Notes: generated by a model from the letters alone, not told the origin. A stretch of 32,000 nucleotides of DNA from Buchnera aphidicola str. APS (Acyrthosiphon pisum) (GCF_000009605.1 NC_002528.1:510001-542000), one strand, 5' to 3'; numbered from the stretch's first letter, positions 10,623 to 21,230 are shown. A program made the numbers and translations.

Positions 10623-11912
10623 ATGACAGATAAGAGTAAAGACAATTCTAAAAGTCTTCTTTATTGTTCTTTTTGCGGAAAAAATCAAAAAGAAGTACAA
10701 AAATTAATAGCCGGTCCAAAAGTATATATATGTGACGAATGTATAAGGTTATGTAATGATATTATCACCGAAGAAACTATCAAACAAAATAATATAACTG
10801 ATACTGAAAATAAAATAAATTACTTACCTAAACCACATGAAATAAAAAAACATCTTGATAATTATGTTATAGGACAAAATTATACAAAAAAAGTCCTCTC
10901 TGTTGCAGTTTATAATCATTACAAACGTCTTTATAATTTTAATAAAAAAACAGATTCGGTTGAATTGGGTAAAAGTAATATCTTATTAATAGGTCCCACT
11001 GGAAGTGGAAAAACATTATTAGCACAAACTCTAGCAAAATTATTAGATGTACCATTTACTATTACAGATGCAACAACCTTAACTGAAGCTGGATATGTAG
11101 GAGAAGATGTTGAAAATGTAATACAAAAGTTACTACAAAAATGTAAATATAATGTAAAAAAAGCAGAATTAGGAATTGTATACATAGATGAAATAGATAA
11201 AATAGCAAGAAAATCTGATAATCCATCTATCACTAGAGACGTATCTGGAGAGGGAGTACAACAAGCTCTACTAAAGTTAATTGAAGGAACGTTAGCTTCT
11301 ATTCCACCTCAAGGCGGACGAAAACATCCACAACAAGAGTTTTTACAAGTAAATACCTCAAATATTTTATTTATATGTGCAGGCGCATTTTCAGAATTAT
11401 CTAAAATTGTCTCTAAAAGACTGGATGCAGGAACGGAAATAGGTTTTAAAGCTAACATTAAGGAAAAAAAACAAAAAAAATCAGAAGATTTTTTATTAAA
11501 ACAAGTAGAACCTGAAGATTTGATAAAATTCGGTTTAATTCCAGAATTCATTGGTCGTTTACCGATAATAACTATATTGAATAAATTAACTGAAGATGCA
11601 TTAGTTAATATACTATGCAAACCTAAAAATGCTTTAATTAAACAGTATCAAACATTATTTGAATTAGAAAATGTAAAACTAGAATTTAACGCAGAATCTA
11701 TTCAATTAATCGCAAAAAAAGCTATGAATAAAAACACTGGAGCCAGAGGATTACGATCTATTATTGAAGGTATACTACTTAATATAATGTATGAATTACC
11801 ATCAATGGTTAACATAGAAAAAATATTAATTAATGAGTCTGTTGTAAACTCTAATTCATTGCCAAAAATAATATATGGAAAAAACAAATCAAAAAAAGCA
11901 TCAGGTGAATAA
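10623..11912 (+). CDS. clpX: ATP-dependent Clp protease ATP-binding subunit ClpX
   Basis: N-terminal C4 zinc finger ([11 protein letters not shown]...YICDECI), Walker A GPTGSGKT, Walker [10 protein letters not shown], and IGF-type loop [17 protein letters not shown] Shine-Dalgarno upstream. Confidence 0.97.
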   Translation: MTDKSKDNSKSLLYCSFCGKNQKEVQKLIAGPKVYICDECIRLCNDIITEETIKQNNITDTENKINYLPKPHEIKKHLDNYVIGQNYTKKVLSVAVYNHYKRLYNFNKKTDSVELGKSNILLIGPTGSGKTLLAQTLAKLLDVPFTITDATTLTEAGYVGEDVENVIQKLLQKCKYNVKKAELGIVYIDEIDKIARKSDNPSITRDVSGEGVQQALLKLIEGTLASIPPQGGRKHPQQEFLQVNTSNILFICAGAFSELSKIVSKRLDAGTEIGFKANIKEKKQKKSEDFLLKQVEPEDLIKFGLIPEFIGRLPIITILNKLTEDALVNILCKPKNALIKQYQTLFELENVKLEFNAESIQLIAKKAMNKNTGARGLRSIIEGILLNIMYELPSMVNIEKILINESVVNSNSLPKIIYGKNKSKKASGE

Positions 11913-11933
11913 AAAAAACATTTGATGATCCAA

Positions 11934-11960
11934 AAAATAAAGGTAGTTAGCTTTTATTTT
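11934..11960 (+). terminator. candidate weak rho-independent terminator after clpX
   Basis: aaaataaagg (11934-11943) pairs with cttttatttt (11951-11960), including one G-U pair, around a 7-nt loop and ends in a T-run. The stem is almost all A-T, so stability is low. Confidence 0.3.
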
Positions 11961-11975
11961 GTCAAACGCTTAGTA

Positions 11976-12002
11976 TTAAACGTCAAGCAACCATCCCGAT
12001 AT
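11976..12002 (+). promoter_or_regulatory. sigma-32 (heat-shock) type promoter candidate for lon
   Basis: TTAAA (11976-11980), a 14-nt spacer, then CCCGATAT (11995-12002), compared with the sigma-32 consensus CTTGAAA-N13-15-CCCCATNT. It lies about 100 nt upstream of the lon ATG in a spacer that is visibly GC-richer than other spacers. Confidence 0.45.
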
Positions 12003-12103
12003 ACTTGGCTGATTATAGGTGCAACTTGCATGTTTTATTATATATCGTGCAGTTTTTAAATATTATAAATATCGGGAAAAAATTCAACTAAAGAGAGAGC
12101 TCT

Positions 12104-14437
12104 ATGAATTCTGAGCGTTCTGAACGCATTACAATTCCTGTTTTACCATTGAGAGATGTAGTTATATATCCTCATATGGTAATTCCATTATTTGTAGGTC
12201 GTCAAAAATCAATTAAATGTATTGAAACATCTATGAGTAATGACAAAAAAATTATGTTGATTGCACAAAAAGAAGCATCTAAAGATGAACCTACTCCTAA
12301 AGATTTATTTGATATAGGAACTATTAGTGCAATTTTACAAATGTTAAAATTGCCAGATGGCACAGTAAAGGTATTGATAGAAGGATTACAACGCGCCCAT
12401 ATTAAAAATTTAACAAATAACGGAGAACATTTTATTGCGGAAGTAGAATTAATTTCTTCCTCCAATCTTTTAGATAAAAATCAAGAAGTATTGATTCGTA
12501 CAACAATGAATCAATTTGAATCTTATATTAAACTTAATAAAAAGATTCCATTAGAAATATTAAATGTACTTAATAATATCAAAAATTCAGAAAAACTAGC
12601 AGACACCATTGCTGCTCATATGCCCTTAAAGTTAAATGATAAACAATCAGTCTTAGAAATACGTAATATAAATGATAGATTAGAATTTCTAATGGCTATT
12701 ATGGAATCTGAAATAGATTTACTTCAAGTTGAAAAAAGAATTAGGCATCGTGTTAAAAAACAAATGGAAAAAAGTCAAAGAGAATATTATTTAAATGAAC
12801 AAATTAAAGCCATTCAAAAAGAACTTGGTGATATGGATGAAATTCCAGATGAAAACAAAATATTAAAGCGTAAAATTAAATCATCAAAAATGCCAAAAGA
12901 AGCAAGAGAAAAAACAGAATTAGAATTACAAAAATTAAAAATGATGTCACCTATGTCAGCAGAAGCAACAGTAGTACGAAGTTATATAGATTGGATGATA
13001 CAGGTACCCTGGTACCTTAAAACAAAAATCAAAAAAGATCTCCAACAAGCTAAAAAAATTCTAGATATTGACCATTTTGGTCTTGAAACAGTCAAGGATA
13101 GAATCCTAGAATACTTAGCAGTACAAAGTAGAAAAAATAAAATAAAAGGTCCTATTTTATGTTTAATAGGGCCACCTGGTGTAGGAAAAACATCATTAGG
13201 AAAATCTATCGCAAGATCTACAGGTAGAAAATACGTAAGAATAGCTTTGGGTGGTATAAGAGATGAGGCAGAAATTAGAGGTCATAGACGTACATATATA
13301 GGTTCTATGCCGGGAAAATTAATTCAAAAAATGGCTAAAGCAAAAGTCAAAAATCCTTTATTTTTATTAGATGAAATTGATAAAATGTCTCGTGATATAA
13401 GAGTAGATCCAGCATCTGCTTTATTAGAAGTATTAGATTCAGAACAAAATATGAATTTTAATGATCACTATCTAGAAGTAGATTATGATCTTTCAGATGT
13501 AATGTTTGTAGCAACATCTAATTCAATGAATATACCTGCACCATTACTTGATCGTATGGAAATAATTCGTCTTTCTGGTTATACTGAAGATGAAAAACTA
13601 AATATAGCAAAAAGATATCTATACCCAAAACAAATTGAAAGAAATGGTCTAGAAGAAAATGAGATAAAAATTACCGATTCTGCGATTATTAGTATTATTC
13701 ACTATTATACTCGTGAAGCGGGCGTGCGTAGTTTGGAACGTGAGATTTCTAAAATATGCAGAAAAGCAGTAAAAAATTTAATATTAGATAAATCTTTAAA
13801 ACATATTGAAATAAATAGTAAAAATTTAAAAAAATTCTTAGGAATTAAACGTTTTGATTACGGAAAAATTCATGGTACAAACCAAATTGGACAAGTTATT
13901 GGGCTAGCATGGACTGAAGTAGGTGGAGAATTACTTACAATTGAAACAACATGTGTATCAGGAAAGGGAAAACTTACATACACAGGTTCTTTAGGCGAAG
14001 TTATGCAAGAATCTATTCAAGCTGCATTGACTGTAGTTCGTTCTCAAGCTGATAGATTAGGTATTAAGAAAGATTTTCATGAAAAACATGACATTCATGT
14101 TCATGTTCCTGAAGGTGCAACACCAAAAGATGGACCAAGTGCAGGTGCAGCAATGTGTACAGCTATTGTTTCATCATTAACAAATAATCCAGTTAAATCG
14201 AATGTTGCAATGACGGGTGAAATTACTCTTCATGGGAAAATACTACCTATTGGAGGATTAAAAGAAAAATTATTAGCAGCACATCGTGGGGGGATTAAAA
14301 CAGTATTGATACCCTATGAAAACAAGCGTAATCTTGAAGAAATACCTAAGAATATAATCGAAGGATTAAATATACATCCAATTAAAAAAATAGAAGAAGT
14401 TTTAAAATTATCTTTAGAAAAGATACCTTATGTTTAA
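12104..14437 (+). CDS. lon: ATP-dependent Lon protease
   Basis: A 777-aa protein with Walker A GPPGVGKTS, Walker B LFLLDEIDK, and the catalytic Ser motif PKDGPSAGAAM with downstream Lys (GGLKEKLLAAHR). Colinear with E. coli Lon. Confidence 0.98.
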   Translation: MNSERSERITIPVLPLRDVVIYPHMVIPLFVGRQKSIKCIETSMSNDKKIMLIAQKEASKDEPTPKDLFDIGTISAILQMLKLPDGTVKVLIEGLQRAHIKNLTNNGEHFIAEVELISSSNLLDKNQEVLIRTTMNQFESYIKLNKKIPLEILNVLNNIKNSEKLADTIAAHMPLKLNDKQSVLEIRNINDRLEFLMAIMESEIDLLQVEKRIRHRVKKQMEKSQREYYLNEQIKAIQKELGDMDEIPDENKILKRKIKSSKMPKEAREKTELELQKLKMMSPMSAEATVVRSYIDWMIQVPWYLKTKIKKDLQQAKKILDIDHFGLETVKDRILEYLAVQSRKNKIKGPILCLIGPPGVGKTSLGKSIARSTGRKYVRIALGGIRDEAEIRGHRRTYIGSMPGKLIQKMAKAKVKNPLFLLDEIDKMSRDIRVDPASALLEVLDSEQNMNFNDHYLEVDYDLSDVMFVATSNSMNIPAPLLDRMEIIRLSGYTEDEKLNIAKRYLYPKQIERNGLEENEIKITDSAIISIIHYYTREAGVRSLEREISKICRKAVKNLILDKSLKHIEINSKNLKKFLGIKRFDYGKIHGTNQIGQVIGLAWTEVGGELLTIETTCVSGKGKLTYTGSLGEVMQESIQAALTVVRSQADRLGIKKDFHEKHDIHVHVPEGATPKDGPSAGAAMCTAIVSSLTNNPVKSNVAMTGEITLHGKILPIGGLKEKLLAAHRGGIKTVLIPYENKRNLEEIPKNIIEGLNIHPIKKIEEVLKLSLEKIPYV

Positions 14438-14477
14438 ATAAAGACCAATATTAACATAATATAAATAAAAAAAACTT

Positions 14478-14499
14478 GGCTGACAAAGAATCGTCAGCC
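14478..14499 (+). terminator. rho-independent terminator candidate after lon
   Basis: A GC-containing 7-bp stem, ggctgac (14478-14484) with gtcagcc (14493-14499), and an 8-nt loop, followed by an A/T tract (tatatatttt). It begins about 40 nt after the lon stop. Confidence 0.55.
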
Positions 14500-14578
14500 T
14501 ATATATTTTAATATAATAACAAAAACAACAATATTTTTTATTTTACTTAATATTTAAAATATTTAGGATCGTCATATC

Positions 14579-16450
14579 ATGACAAAATATTCACAAGCAC
14601 GATTAAATAGTATTATAGTTAAATTTATTTTAGGAGTAATTATTTTATCTTTGATATTAAGTACTATAAGTATTTATATAAATAGAGATTTTGAAAAATA
14701 CATAGCAACTGTCAATGGTGAAAAAATTAGTTTTAATCTCTTCAAAAAAATGTATTTTATTGAAAGAGAAAAACAAAAAAAAATACTAGGAAAAAATTTT
14801 TTTAAATTTAGTCATAATGAAAATTTTACAAAAGAAACTTATAATTATGTTTTATCTCAATTAATTAATAATGTTCTTTTAGAACAATATGCAAAAAATA
14901 TGAATTATCTCGAAGTCAATGATAATACGATAAAAAAAATAATATACAATTCTCCTATTTTTCAAAAAAACAATAAATTCAGTAAAGAGCGATATTTAAA
15001 TTATCTTACATCTATAAATTCAACTAATCATGAATATATTAATATAATTAAAAAAAAAATAAACACAGAAAATTTAATACATACCATTTCTAAAAGTAAT
15101 TTTATTTTAAAAAAAGAAGAAAAAAATATTATAAAACTATTATCTCAAAAAAGAATAATAAAAAAAGCAATTGTTAAAATAGATCCTTCAATCTATAAAA
15201 AAAATATAACAAATCAAGAAGCACAAATTTATTTCAAAAAAAATCAAGATAATTTTTATATTCCAGAAAAATTTAAAATTAATTTTGTTGAATTAAAAAC
15301 TGATAACTTTAAAATACATTGCGAAAATAAAGAGATTTATGATTGGTATATAAGAAATATTACACAATACTCAACTAAAGAAAAAAGAAGATATAGTATT
15401 ATTCAAGTCAAAAATAAACAACAAGCCATATCGATATTATCTAGATTGCATAATACACCAGAAGATTTTTCAAAAATAGCTCAAGAACAATCAACAGATC
15501 CAATTTCATCAAAAAAAGATGGAGATATTGGCTGGATATCAATAGATCTTATACCAGATGAAATTAAACATGCAAATTTAAATAAAAAAAATCAAATATC
15601 TGATGTTATTCCCTTTCATAATGAATTTTTAATTGTTAAATTAAATGAGACTCAAATTGGGACACAAAAAAAAATATATGAAGTATTTGATAGTATTAAA
15701 AAACAAATAAAACAAAAAAAATCATTAGATTTATATAATGAACTAAAAAATAAAATATCTAATAATCTTAAAAACGATCCAGGAAAAATTGAGAGGATTC
15801 TTAAAGAGAATAACATATTAATTCAAGAAACTGATTGGTTTGATAAAAAATCAATACCTAAAGTATTAAATATTCCTATATTAAAACAATTCATTTTTAA
15901 CAAAAAACTATTTCAAAAAGATACAACAGTCAAACCGCAGTTTCATTTTATTGTTTTAAAAAAAAATCAATCTTTTTTAATTAAAATTAAAAAATTTAAA
16001 AATAAAGAAATTCAACATTTCGAAAATGTTAAAAAAAATATTATAAAAAAATTAAGGTTTATAAAAGCAATAAAAGAAACCAAAAAAAAATCAGAAGAAA
16101 TTATTTATGATTTAACACAAGGAAGAAAAAAATTATTTAAACAATCAAATCTTTATTTCACTGATCCTGAAATTATATCACGTTACGATCTAAGTGCTAT
16201 TACATCGATAGTTTTTTCTTTACCTCATCCACAAAAAGGTAAGAAAATATATACTTTATATAACGATAAAAATAAAAATTTTATAATTATATCACTCGAA
16301 AAAGTTTACAATACAAATTTCTCCGAAAAAGAAAAAAATGTTATTCTTGAATATTTATCAAGACATAATACTGAAATAATTTTTAATTCTATTCTCAAAG
16401 ATTTACGAGAAAAATCAATAATAAAATATGAAAACATAGTAAATAAATAA
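14579..16450 (+). CDS. ppiD: periplasmic chaperone PpiD (membrane-anchored parvulin-like PPIase)
   Basis: A 623-aa protein with a single N-terminal TM anchor (IVKFILGVIILSLILSTISIYI), a central parvulin-like segment (DGDIGWIS...), and the position after lon as in enterobacteria. The sequence is highly Lys/Asn-rich and divergent. Confidence 0.85.
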   Translation: MTKYSQARLNSIIVKFILGVIILSLILSTISIYINRDFEKYIATVNGEKISFNLFKKMYFIEREKQKKILGKNFFKFSHNENFTKETYNYVLSQLINNVLLEQYAKNMNYLEVNDNTIKKIIYNSPIFQKNNKFSKERYLNYLTSINSTNHEYINIIKKKINTENLIHTISKSNFILKKEEKNIIKLLSQKRIIKKAIVKIDPSIYKKNITNQEAQIYFKKNQDNFYIPEKFKINFVELKTDNFKIHCENKEIYDWYIRNITQYSTKEKRRYSIIQVKNKQQAISILSRLHNTPEDFSKIAQEQSTDPISSKKDGDIGWISIDLIPDEIKHANLNKKNQISDVIPFHNEFLIVKLNETQIGTQKKIYEVFDSIKKQIKQKKSLDLYNELKNKISNNLKNDPGKIERILKENNILIQETDWFDKKSIPKVLNIPILKQFIFNKKLFQKDTTVKPQFHFIVLKKNQSFLIKIKKFKNKEIQHFENVKKNIIKKLRFIKAIKETKKKSEEIIYDLTQGRKKLFKQSNLYFTDPEIISRYDLSAITSIVFSLPHPQKGKKIYTLYNDKNKNFIIISLEKVYNTNFSEKEKNVILEYLSRHNTEIIFNSILKDLREKSIIKYENIVNK

Positions 16451-17422
16451 CATATACTTTTAGAAAGTTATTCAATATAAGTATATTTTTTTAAATTCGA
16501 ATAACTTTATAAAAAAATTCTAACTTGATTGAAAAAATATTTATTATTAACTATAATATTTTTCATTTTTATTTCAACGATATGAACATAGTAAACGTAA
16601 TTTAATTATTATTAATCTCATATCTTCTTGTCAAAGAAACATAAATTTTAATATTAAAAAATAATATCTTTATTCAAAACTATTAAAAAAATAAATACCT
16701 GATTTAAAAATTATATTAATATAATATTCTATTAGTCTGATAAAACCCATATTTCTAAATTATTTAAAGTAAGTTTAAATATTTAAAATTAATATTTCTA
16801 TTAATATCTAATTTAATAACATTGTTTACTATTTTAAAAAATTTATTTCTATAATTTAAAATAATAAGAAAAATACATTTTATTCATACTCAAAAAAAGT
16901 AGATCTATTTTTTCATGATACATATATATAAAACTGAAATTAAAAAATAAAATATTAAAAAAAGAGAAAACATATTTAAAAAAAAATATGTAATAAAAAG
17001 TAGTATTCTAAATACAATATTTCATTAAAATACTAAAAAATAGACTTAAAAATATTTAACCTCTAAAATTATAACATTTTCTACTTAAATTTTTTAATAT
17101 AAAAATAGAAAAATTTCTTCAAATTTATATCATAAGTTAAAGAATAAACTTCTTTGGATACATGTATATAATGTATTAAATAAATTATTAAATTATATCT
17201 AATCATTAAAAACAAGAAAGATATTGTATTTTTTTATCAATTATAATCTTTAAATTTTTTTTATTTTATACAATAAATGATTATCATTTTGACTATGAAT
17301 AAATCAAATGTTATCAAAAAAATTATTTTTAGATCAAAAAAACAAAAACATTTTTATCTAAAAATAAACACTTTATTGTTAAAAAACCCTTTTTTAATAT
17401 ATCTAAACCTTAGGATTTTTTT
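16451..17422. other. 972-bp ORF-free, extremely AT-rich spacer (probable eroded gene remnant; must also contain the mdlAB promoter)
   Basis: The track shows no ORF of 60 or more codons in any frame. G and C are very sparse. It is by far the longest non-coding interval in the window. Confidence 0.6.
16464..16508 (+). terminator. imperfect hairpin just downstream of ppiD (possible terminator)
   Basis: aaagttattc (16464-16473) is the exact reverse complement of gaataacttt (16499-16508). Three further pairs are possible with one bulged C. No T-run follows, so function is uncertain. Confidence 0.3.
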
Positions 17423-19192
17423 GTGAAATTGTTTAATCAGTTAAGATGGTTTTTTGTGCGAGAATGGAAAAGATATTTAGGAGCAATTTTATTATTAATA
17501 ATTATTGCAACTTTGCAATTATTACCCCCTAAAATAGTTGGTGTTTTAATAGATCTAATTATAAAAAAAAATATGCATGGCGTACAAATATTACCGTGGA
17601 TTTTAATTATTTTTTTAGTAGCTGTAATTGTATATATATTACGATATTTATGGAGAATACTCTTATTTGGTGCTTCTTATCAATTAGCAACAGAACTTCG
17701 AGTAAAATTTTATACTTATCTTAGTCAGCAAAGTCAAATATTTTTTTTAAAAAATAGAACTGGAGATTTAATAGCCAGAGCAACAAACGATGTTGATCGT
17801 GTAGTTTTTGCTGCAGGGGAAGGTGTTCTAACACTTGTTGATTCATTGGTTATGGGCTTTTCTGTCTTAATAGTGATGAGTACTCAAATTAGTTTTTTGT
17901 TAACAATAATTTCTTTAATACCTATGCCAATAATGGCTATATTAATAAAAAAATACGGAAAAGAATTACATGAAACTTTTCGTCATGCTCAAATATCTTT
18001 TTCTTTATTAAATAATCAAACACAAGAAATATTAACAAGTATTAGAATGATTAGAGCATTTGGCTTAGAAAAAAATCAATCTAATAAATTTAACATCATT
18101 ACAAGAAATACAGGAAAAAAAAACATGGAAGTAGCTAAAATAGATGCACGTTTTGATCCAGTAATTTATTTGTCAGTAGCTTTTTCTAATTTATTAGCGA
18201 TTATCGGTGGAGGATGGTTGGTATGGAACAATCAGATTAGTATAGGACAATTAACTAGTTTTATTATGTACTTGGGATTAATGATTTGGCCGATGTTAGC
18301 ACTTGCATGGATGTTTAATATAGTTGAAAGAGGCAGTGCAGCTTGGGATAGAATACATTCAATTATAAATAAAAAATTATACATTGAAGATGGAAAGAAC
18401 AATATCCCACCATATCCCGGTATATTGAATATTAATATTAAAAAATTCTACTACCCAAATAATCAAAAACCATCTTTAAAAGATATACGCATCCTTATAA
18501 AACCTGGAAACACTTTAGGTATTTGCGGCCCTACAGGATCTGGAAAAAGCACTTTGTTAATGCTTATTCAAAGACAATTTAATTTTAAAAAAGAAGAAAT
18601 ACATTACCATTCTTTATCATTGCTAGAAATAAAAATCGACGATTGGAGAAGAAGAATCGCTGTTGTAAATCAAACTTCTTTTTTATTTTCAGATACTATA
18701 TCTAATAATATTTCTTTAGGAAAACCTAATGCGTCTCAAAAAGAAATCGAGGAAGTAGCAAAATTAGCTGATGTACATAAAGATATTATCGACTTGCCAG
18801 AAAGATATGAAACTCAAGTAGGAGAACGTGGTGTAATGTTATCTGGTGGTCAAAAACAGCGTGTTTGTATTGCAAGAGCACTATTGTTAAATGCAGAAAT
18901 ATTAATATTAGATGATGCACTCTCTGCTGTTGATGCTCAAACTGAAAATAATATCTTGAAAAATATTAACGAATGGAAAAAAAAGAAACATTCATTGATC
19001 ATTACAACACATCGTCTATCAGCATTAATTAATTCAGATGAAATTATAGTAATTAAGAGTGGTTCCATCATACAAAGAGGAAATCATTTAAAATTAATTC
19101 AAGAAAAAAATTGGTATAAATCTATGTACTATTATCAGCAATCAGAAATAGAACTTGAGGATAATGAAAAAACAGGTGAAAAAAATTTATAA
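17423..19192 (+). CDS. mdlA: ABC exporter, fused permease/ATPase subunit MdlA
   Basis: A 589-aa protein with a 6-TM domain plus NBD (Walker [10 protein letters not shown], signature LSGGQKQRV, Walker [13 protein letters not shown]). The GTG start is at the position homologous to E. coli MdlA ([21 protein letters not shown]). TAGGA lies upstream. Confidence 0.9.
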
Positions 19193-19193
19193 C

Positions 19194-20936
19194 ATGAATC
19201 ATTTAATTGCGTTCTGGCCAATTTTAAAACGTCTACTAATTTATGTAAAACCTCATAAAAAAAAATTAATTTTAGCGTTTATTTTTCTTTTAAGTGGATC
19301 AACTTCAGAAGTTTTAGGCCCAATCTTGATCAGTTATTTTATTAATAATATTTTATCTAAACATCAACTACATTTATTAATAATTTTAACTATAATTACA
19401 TTATTTATAATATTACAAATATTATCAGTATTTTTGAATTATTTTCAAAGTATTTTATTTAATAAAATAGCAGTAGAAAGCATTAACAAATTACGTCAAG
19501 ATGTTATGTATGCTGCATTGCAACAACCTATTAGCGAATTTGATTCTCAACCTATTGGACAGATGATTTCAAAAGTAACGAATGATACTGAAGCAGTTAA
19601 AGAACTATATGACACAGTTGGACCTACATTGTTTCGAAGTATAATATTAATTTTTATTATATTATTTGCAATGTTTACTCTTGAATGGCATATGGCCCTT
19701 GTTGCTTTATTTATTTTACCATTAGTCATTACAATTATGCTGGTTTATCAATATTATAGTACGCCACTTTTACGGAAAGTAAGATATTACTTAGCTGAAA
19801 TTAATAATAAATTTAATGAAACGATTAATGGAATGAATGTAATTCAGCAATTCTGTCAGCAACGTAGATTTCAGGAAAAAATAAAAAAAAGTAGTGATTT
19901 ACATTACATGTCACGTATGAAAATATTAAGACTAGACGGTTTTTTATTAAGACCACTTCTGAGTTTATTATCTTCTATGATATTATGTAACTTCATGTTC
20001 TTATTTAGTTTTTTTCCAGTTGGAGCTTTTGAAGTAGGTGTACTATATGCGTTTATTACTTATCTTGGACGACTAAATGAACCTTTAATTGCTATTACAA
20101 TCCAACAGTCAGTATTACAACAATCTATTGTTGCAGGAGAAAGAATATTTTCACTAATAGATTCGCCAAAACAAAAATATGGAAAAAATAAAGATTTATT
20201 AAAAAGTGGAAAAATAAATATTCAAAATGTTAGTTTTTATCATAAAAACTGCAATAAAAATATACTAGAAAATATTAATATTAAAATTTCCTCTAAAAGT
20301 TTTGTTGCATTTGTAGGACATACTGGTAGTGGAAAAAGCACTTTAGCAAATTTAATCATGGGATATTATCCTCTAAAAAATGGAAAAATATATTTAGATG
20401 ACAAGTCTATTGATTCAATAAGTCATAGTGTTTTAAGAAGAAATGTATTAATGGTACAACAAGATCCAATAGTTCTCTCTGATACTTTTTTTTATAATAT
20501 TACATTGGGAAGAAAGATACCTGAAGAAAAAGTTTGGAATATATTAGATACGGTTCATCTTTCAGATTTAGTCAAATCGATGCCTAAAGGTATTTATTCC
20601 CTTCTAGGAGAAGAAGGTAATAATTTATCTGTTGGTCAAAAACAATTATTAGCGATTGCTAGAGTATTGGTTGCATATCCTAAAGTACTTATATTAGATG
20701 AAGCTACTGCTAATATTGATTCTGGAACAGAGCAATTAATTCAAAAAACACTATTATCGATACGAAAAAACTGTACTTTAATAATAATAGCTCATAGACT
20801 TTCGACTATTATCGAAGCAGATTCAATTATAGTTTTAAAAAAGGGGAAAATTGTTGAATTTGGTACTCATGAACAATTATTAACTAAAAAAAGTTGTTAT
20901 TATAAAATGTATAAATTTCAATCATGTAAATTTTAG
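19194..20936 (+). CDS. mdlB: ABC exporter, fused permease/ATPase subunit MdlB
   Basis: TM domain plus NBD (Walker A GHTGSGKST, signature LSVGQKQLL, Walker B VLILDEATANID). The ATG at 19194 lies 1 nt after the mdlA stop. The longer track ORF from 19155 would overlap the mdlA 3' end. Confidence 0.9.
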   Translation: MNHLIAFWPILKRLLIYVKPHKKKLILAFIFLLSGSTSEVLGPILISYFINNILSKHQLHLLIILTIITLFIILQILSVFLNYFQSILFNKIAVESINKLRQDVMYAALQQPISEFDSQPIGQMISKVTNDTEAVKELYDTVGPTLFRSIILIFIILFAMFTLEWHMALVALFILPLVITIMLVYQYYSTPLLRKVRYYLAEINNKFNETINGMNVIQQFCQQRRFQEKIKKSSDLHYMSRMKILRLDGFLLRPLLSLLSSMILCNFMFLFSFFPVGAFEVGVLYAFITYLGRLNEPLIAITIQQSVLQQSIVAGERIFSLIDSPKQKYGKNKDLLKSGKINIQNVSFYHKNCNKNILENINIKISSKSFVAFVGHTGSGKSTLANLIMGYYPLKNGKIYLDDKSIDSISHSVLRRNVLMVQQDPIVLSDTFFYNITLGRKIPEEKVWNILDTVHLSDLVKSMPKGIYSLLGEEGNNLSVGQKQLLAIARVLVAYPKVLILDEATANIDSGTEQLIQKTLLSIRKNCTLIIIAHRLSTIIEADSIIVLKKGKIVEFGTHEQLLTKKSCYYKMYKFQSCKF

Positions 20937-21044
20937 GAGTTTCTGTTAGCTTTATCAGAACACCTGTATCAATTGATTTGGCTGCTTCCTTCCGAATCTG
21001 ACCAACTATTCAATATTGCAGTGTTTGGAGCTAACAGATAACTC
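20936..21044 (-). ncRNA. ffs: 4.5S RNA (signal recognition particle RNA)
   Basis: The reverse strand reads GAGUUAUCUGUUAGCUCC...GGUCAGAUUCGGAAGGAAGCAGCC...GCUAACAGAAACUC. The domain IV core with its GGAA tetraloop is almost identical to E. coli (GGUCAGGUCCGGAAGGAAGCAGCC). The 5' and 3' ends pair (UCUGUUAGC/GCUAACAGA plus GAGUU/AACUC). Ends are approximate to within a few nt. Confidence 0.9.
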
Positions 21045-21230
21045 TTTATTTATATTTTCATAATAAAAAATTAGATTTTTTATTATATAGATGAAATTTA
21101 AAATTTACAACCAATATTTATTTTTAAAAACTATATTTCAAAAATATTTGAAAAATCAAGAAGAGTACTTTCACAATACAATTAATATTGATAGCATAAT
21201 AGTTTTTTAATGAAACATTATGAAATTTAT

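Noticed and set aside
10931-11887. Antisense ORFs of 100, 103 and 61 aa opposite clpX
   Set aside because: They are shadow ORFs opposite a strongly conserved gene, with no Shine-Dalgarno sequences and low-complexity products. The same explanation applies to 12202-12465 (opposite lon), 19547-19729 (mdlB), 24550-24810 (htpG) and 27417-27650 (cysS).
16710-16725. Perfect 16-bp palindrome attatattaatataat, the near-repeat gatacat(a/g)tatata at 16917-16930 and 17157-17170, and the hairpin catattt-N6-aaatatg at 16971-16990, all in the long spacer
   Set aside because: All consist purely, or almost purely, of A and T. Such symmetry is expected at this composition, and I have no independent support.
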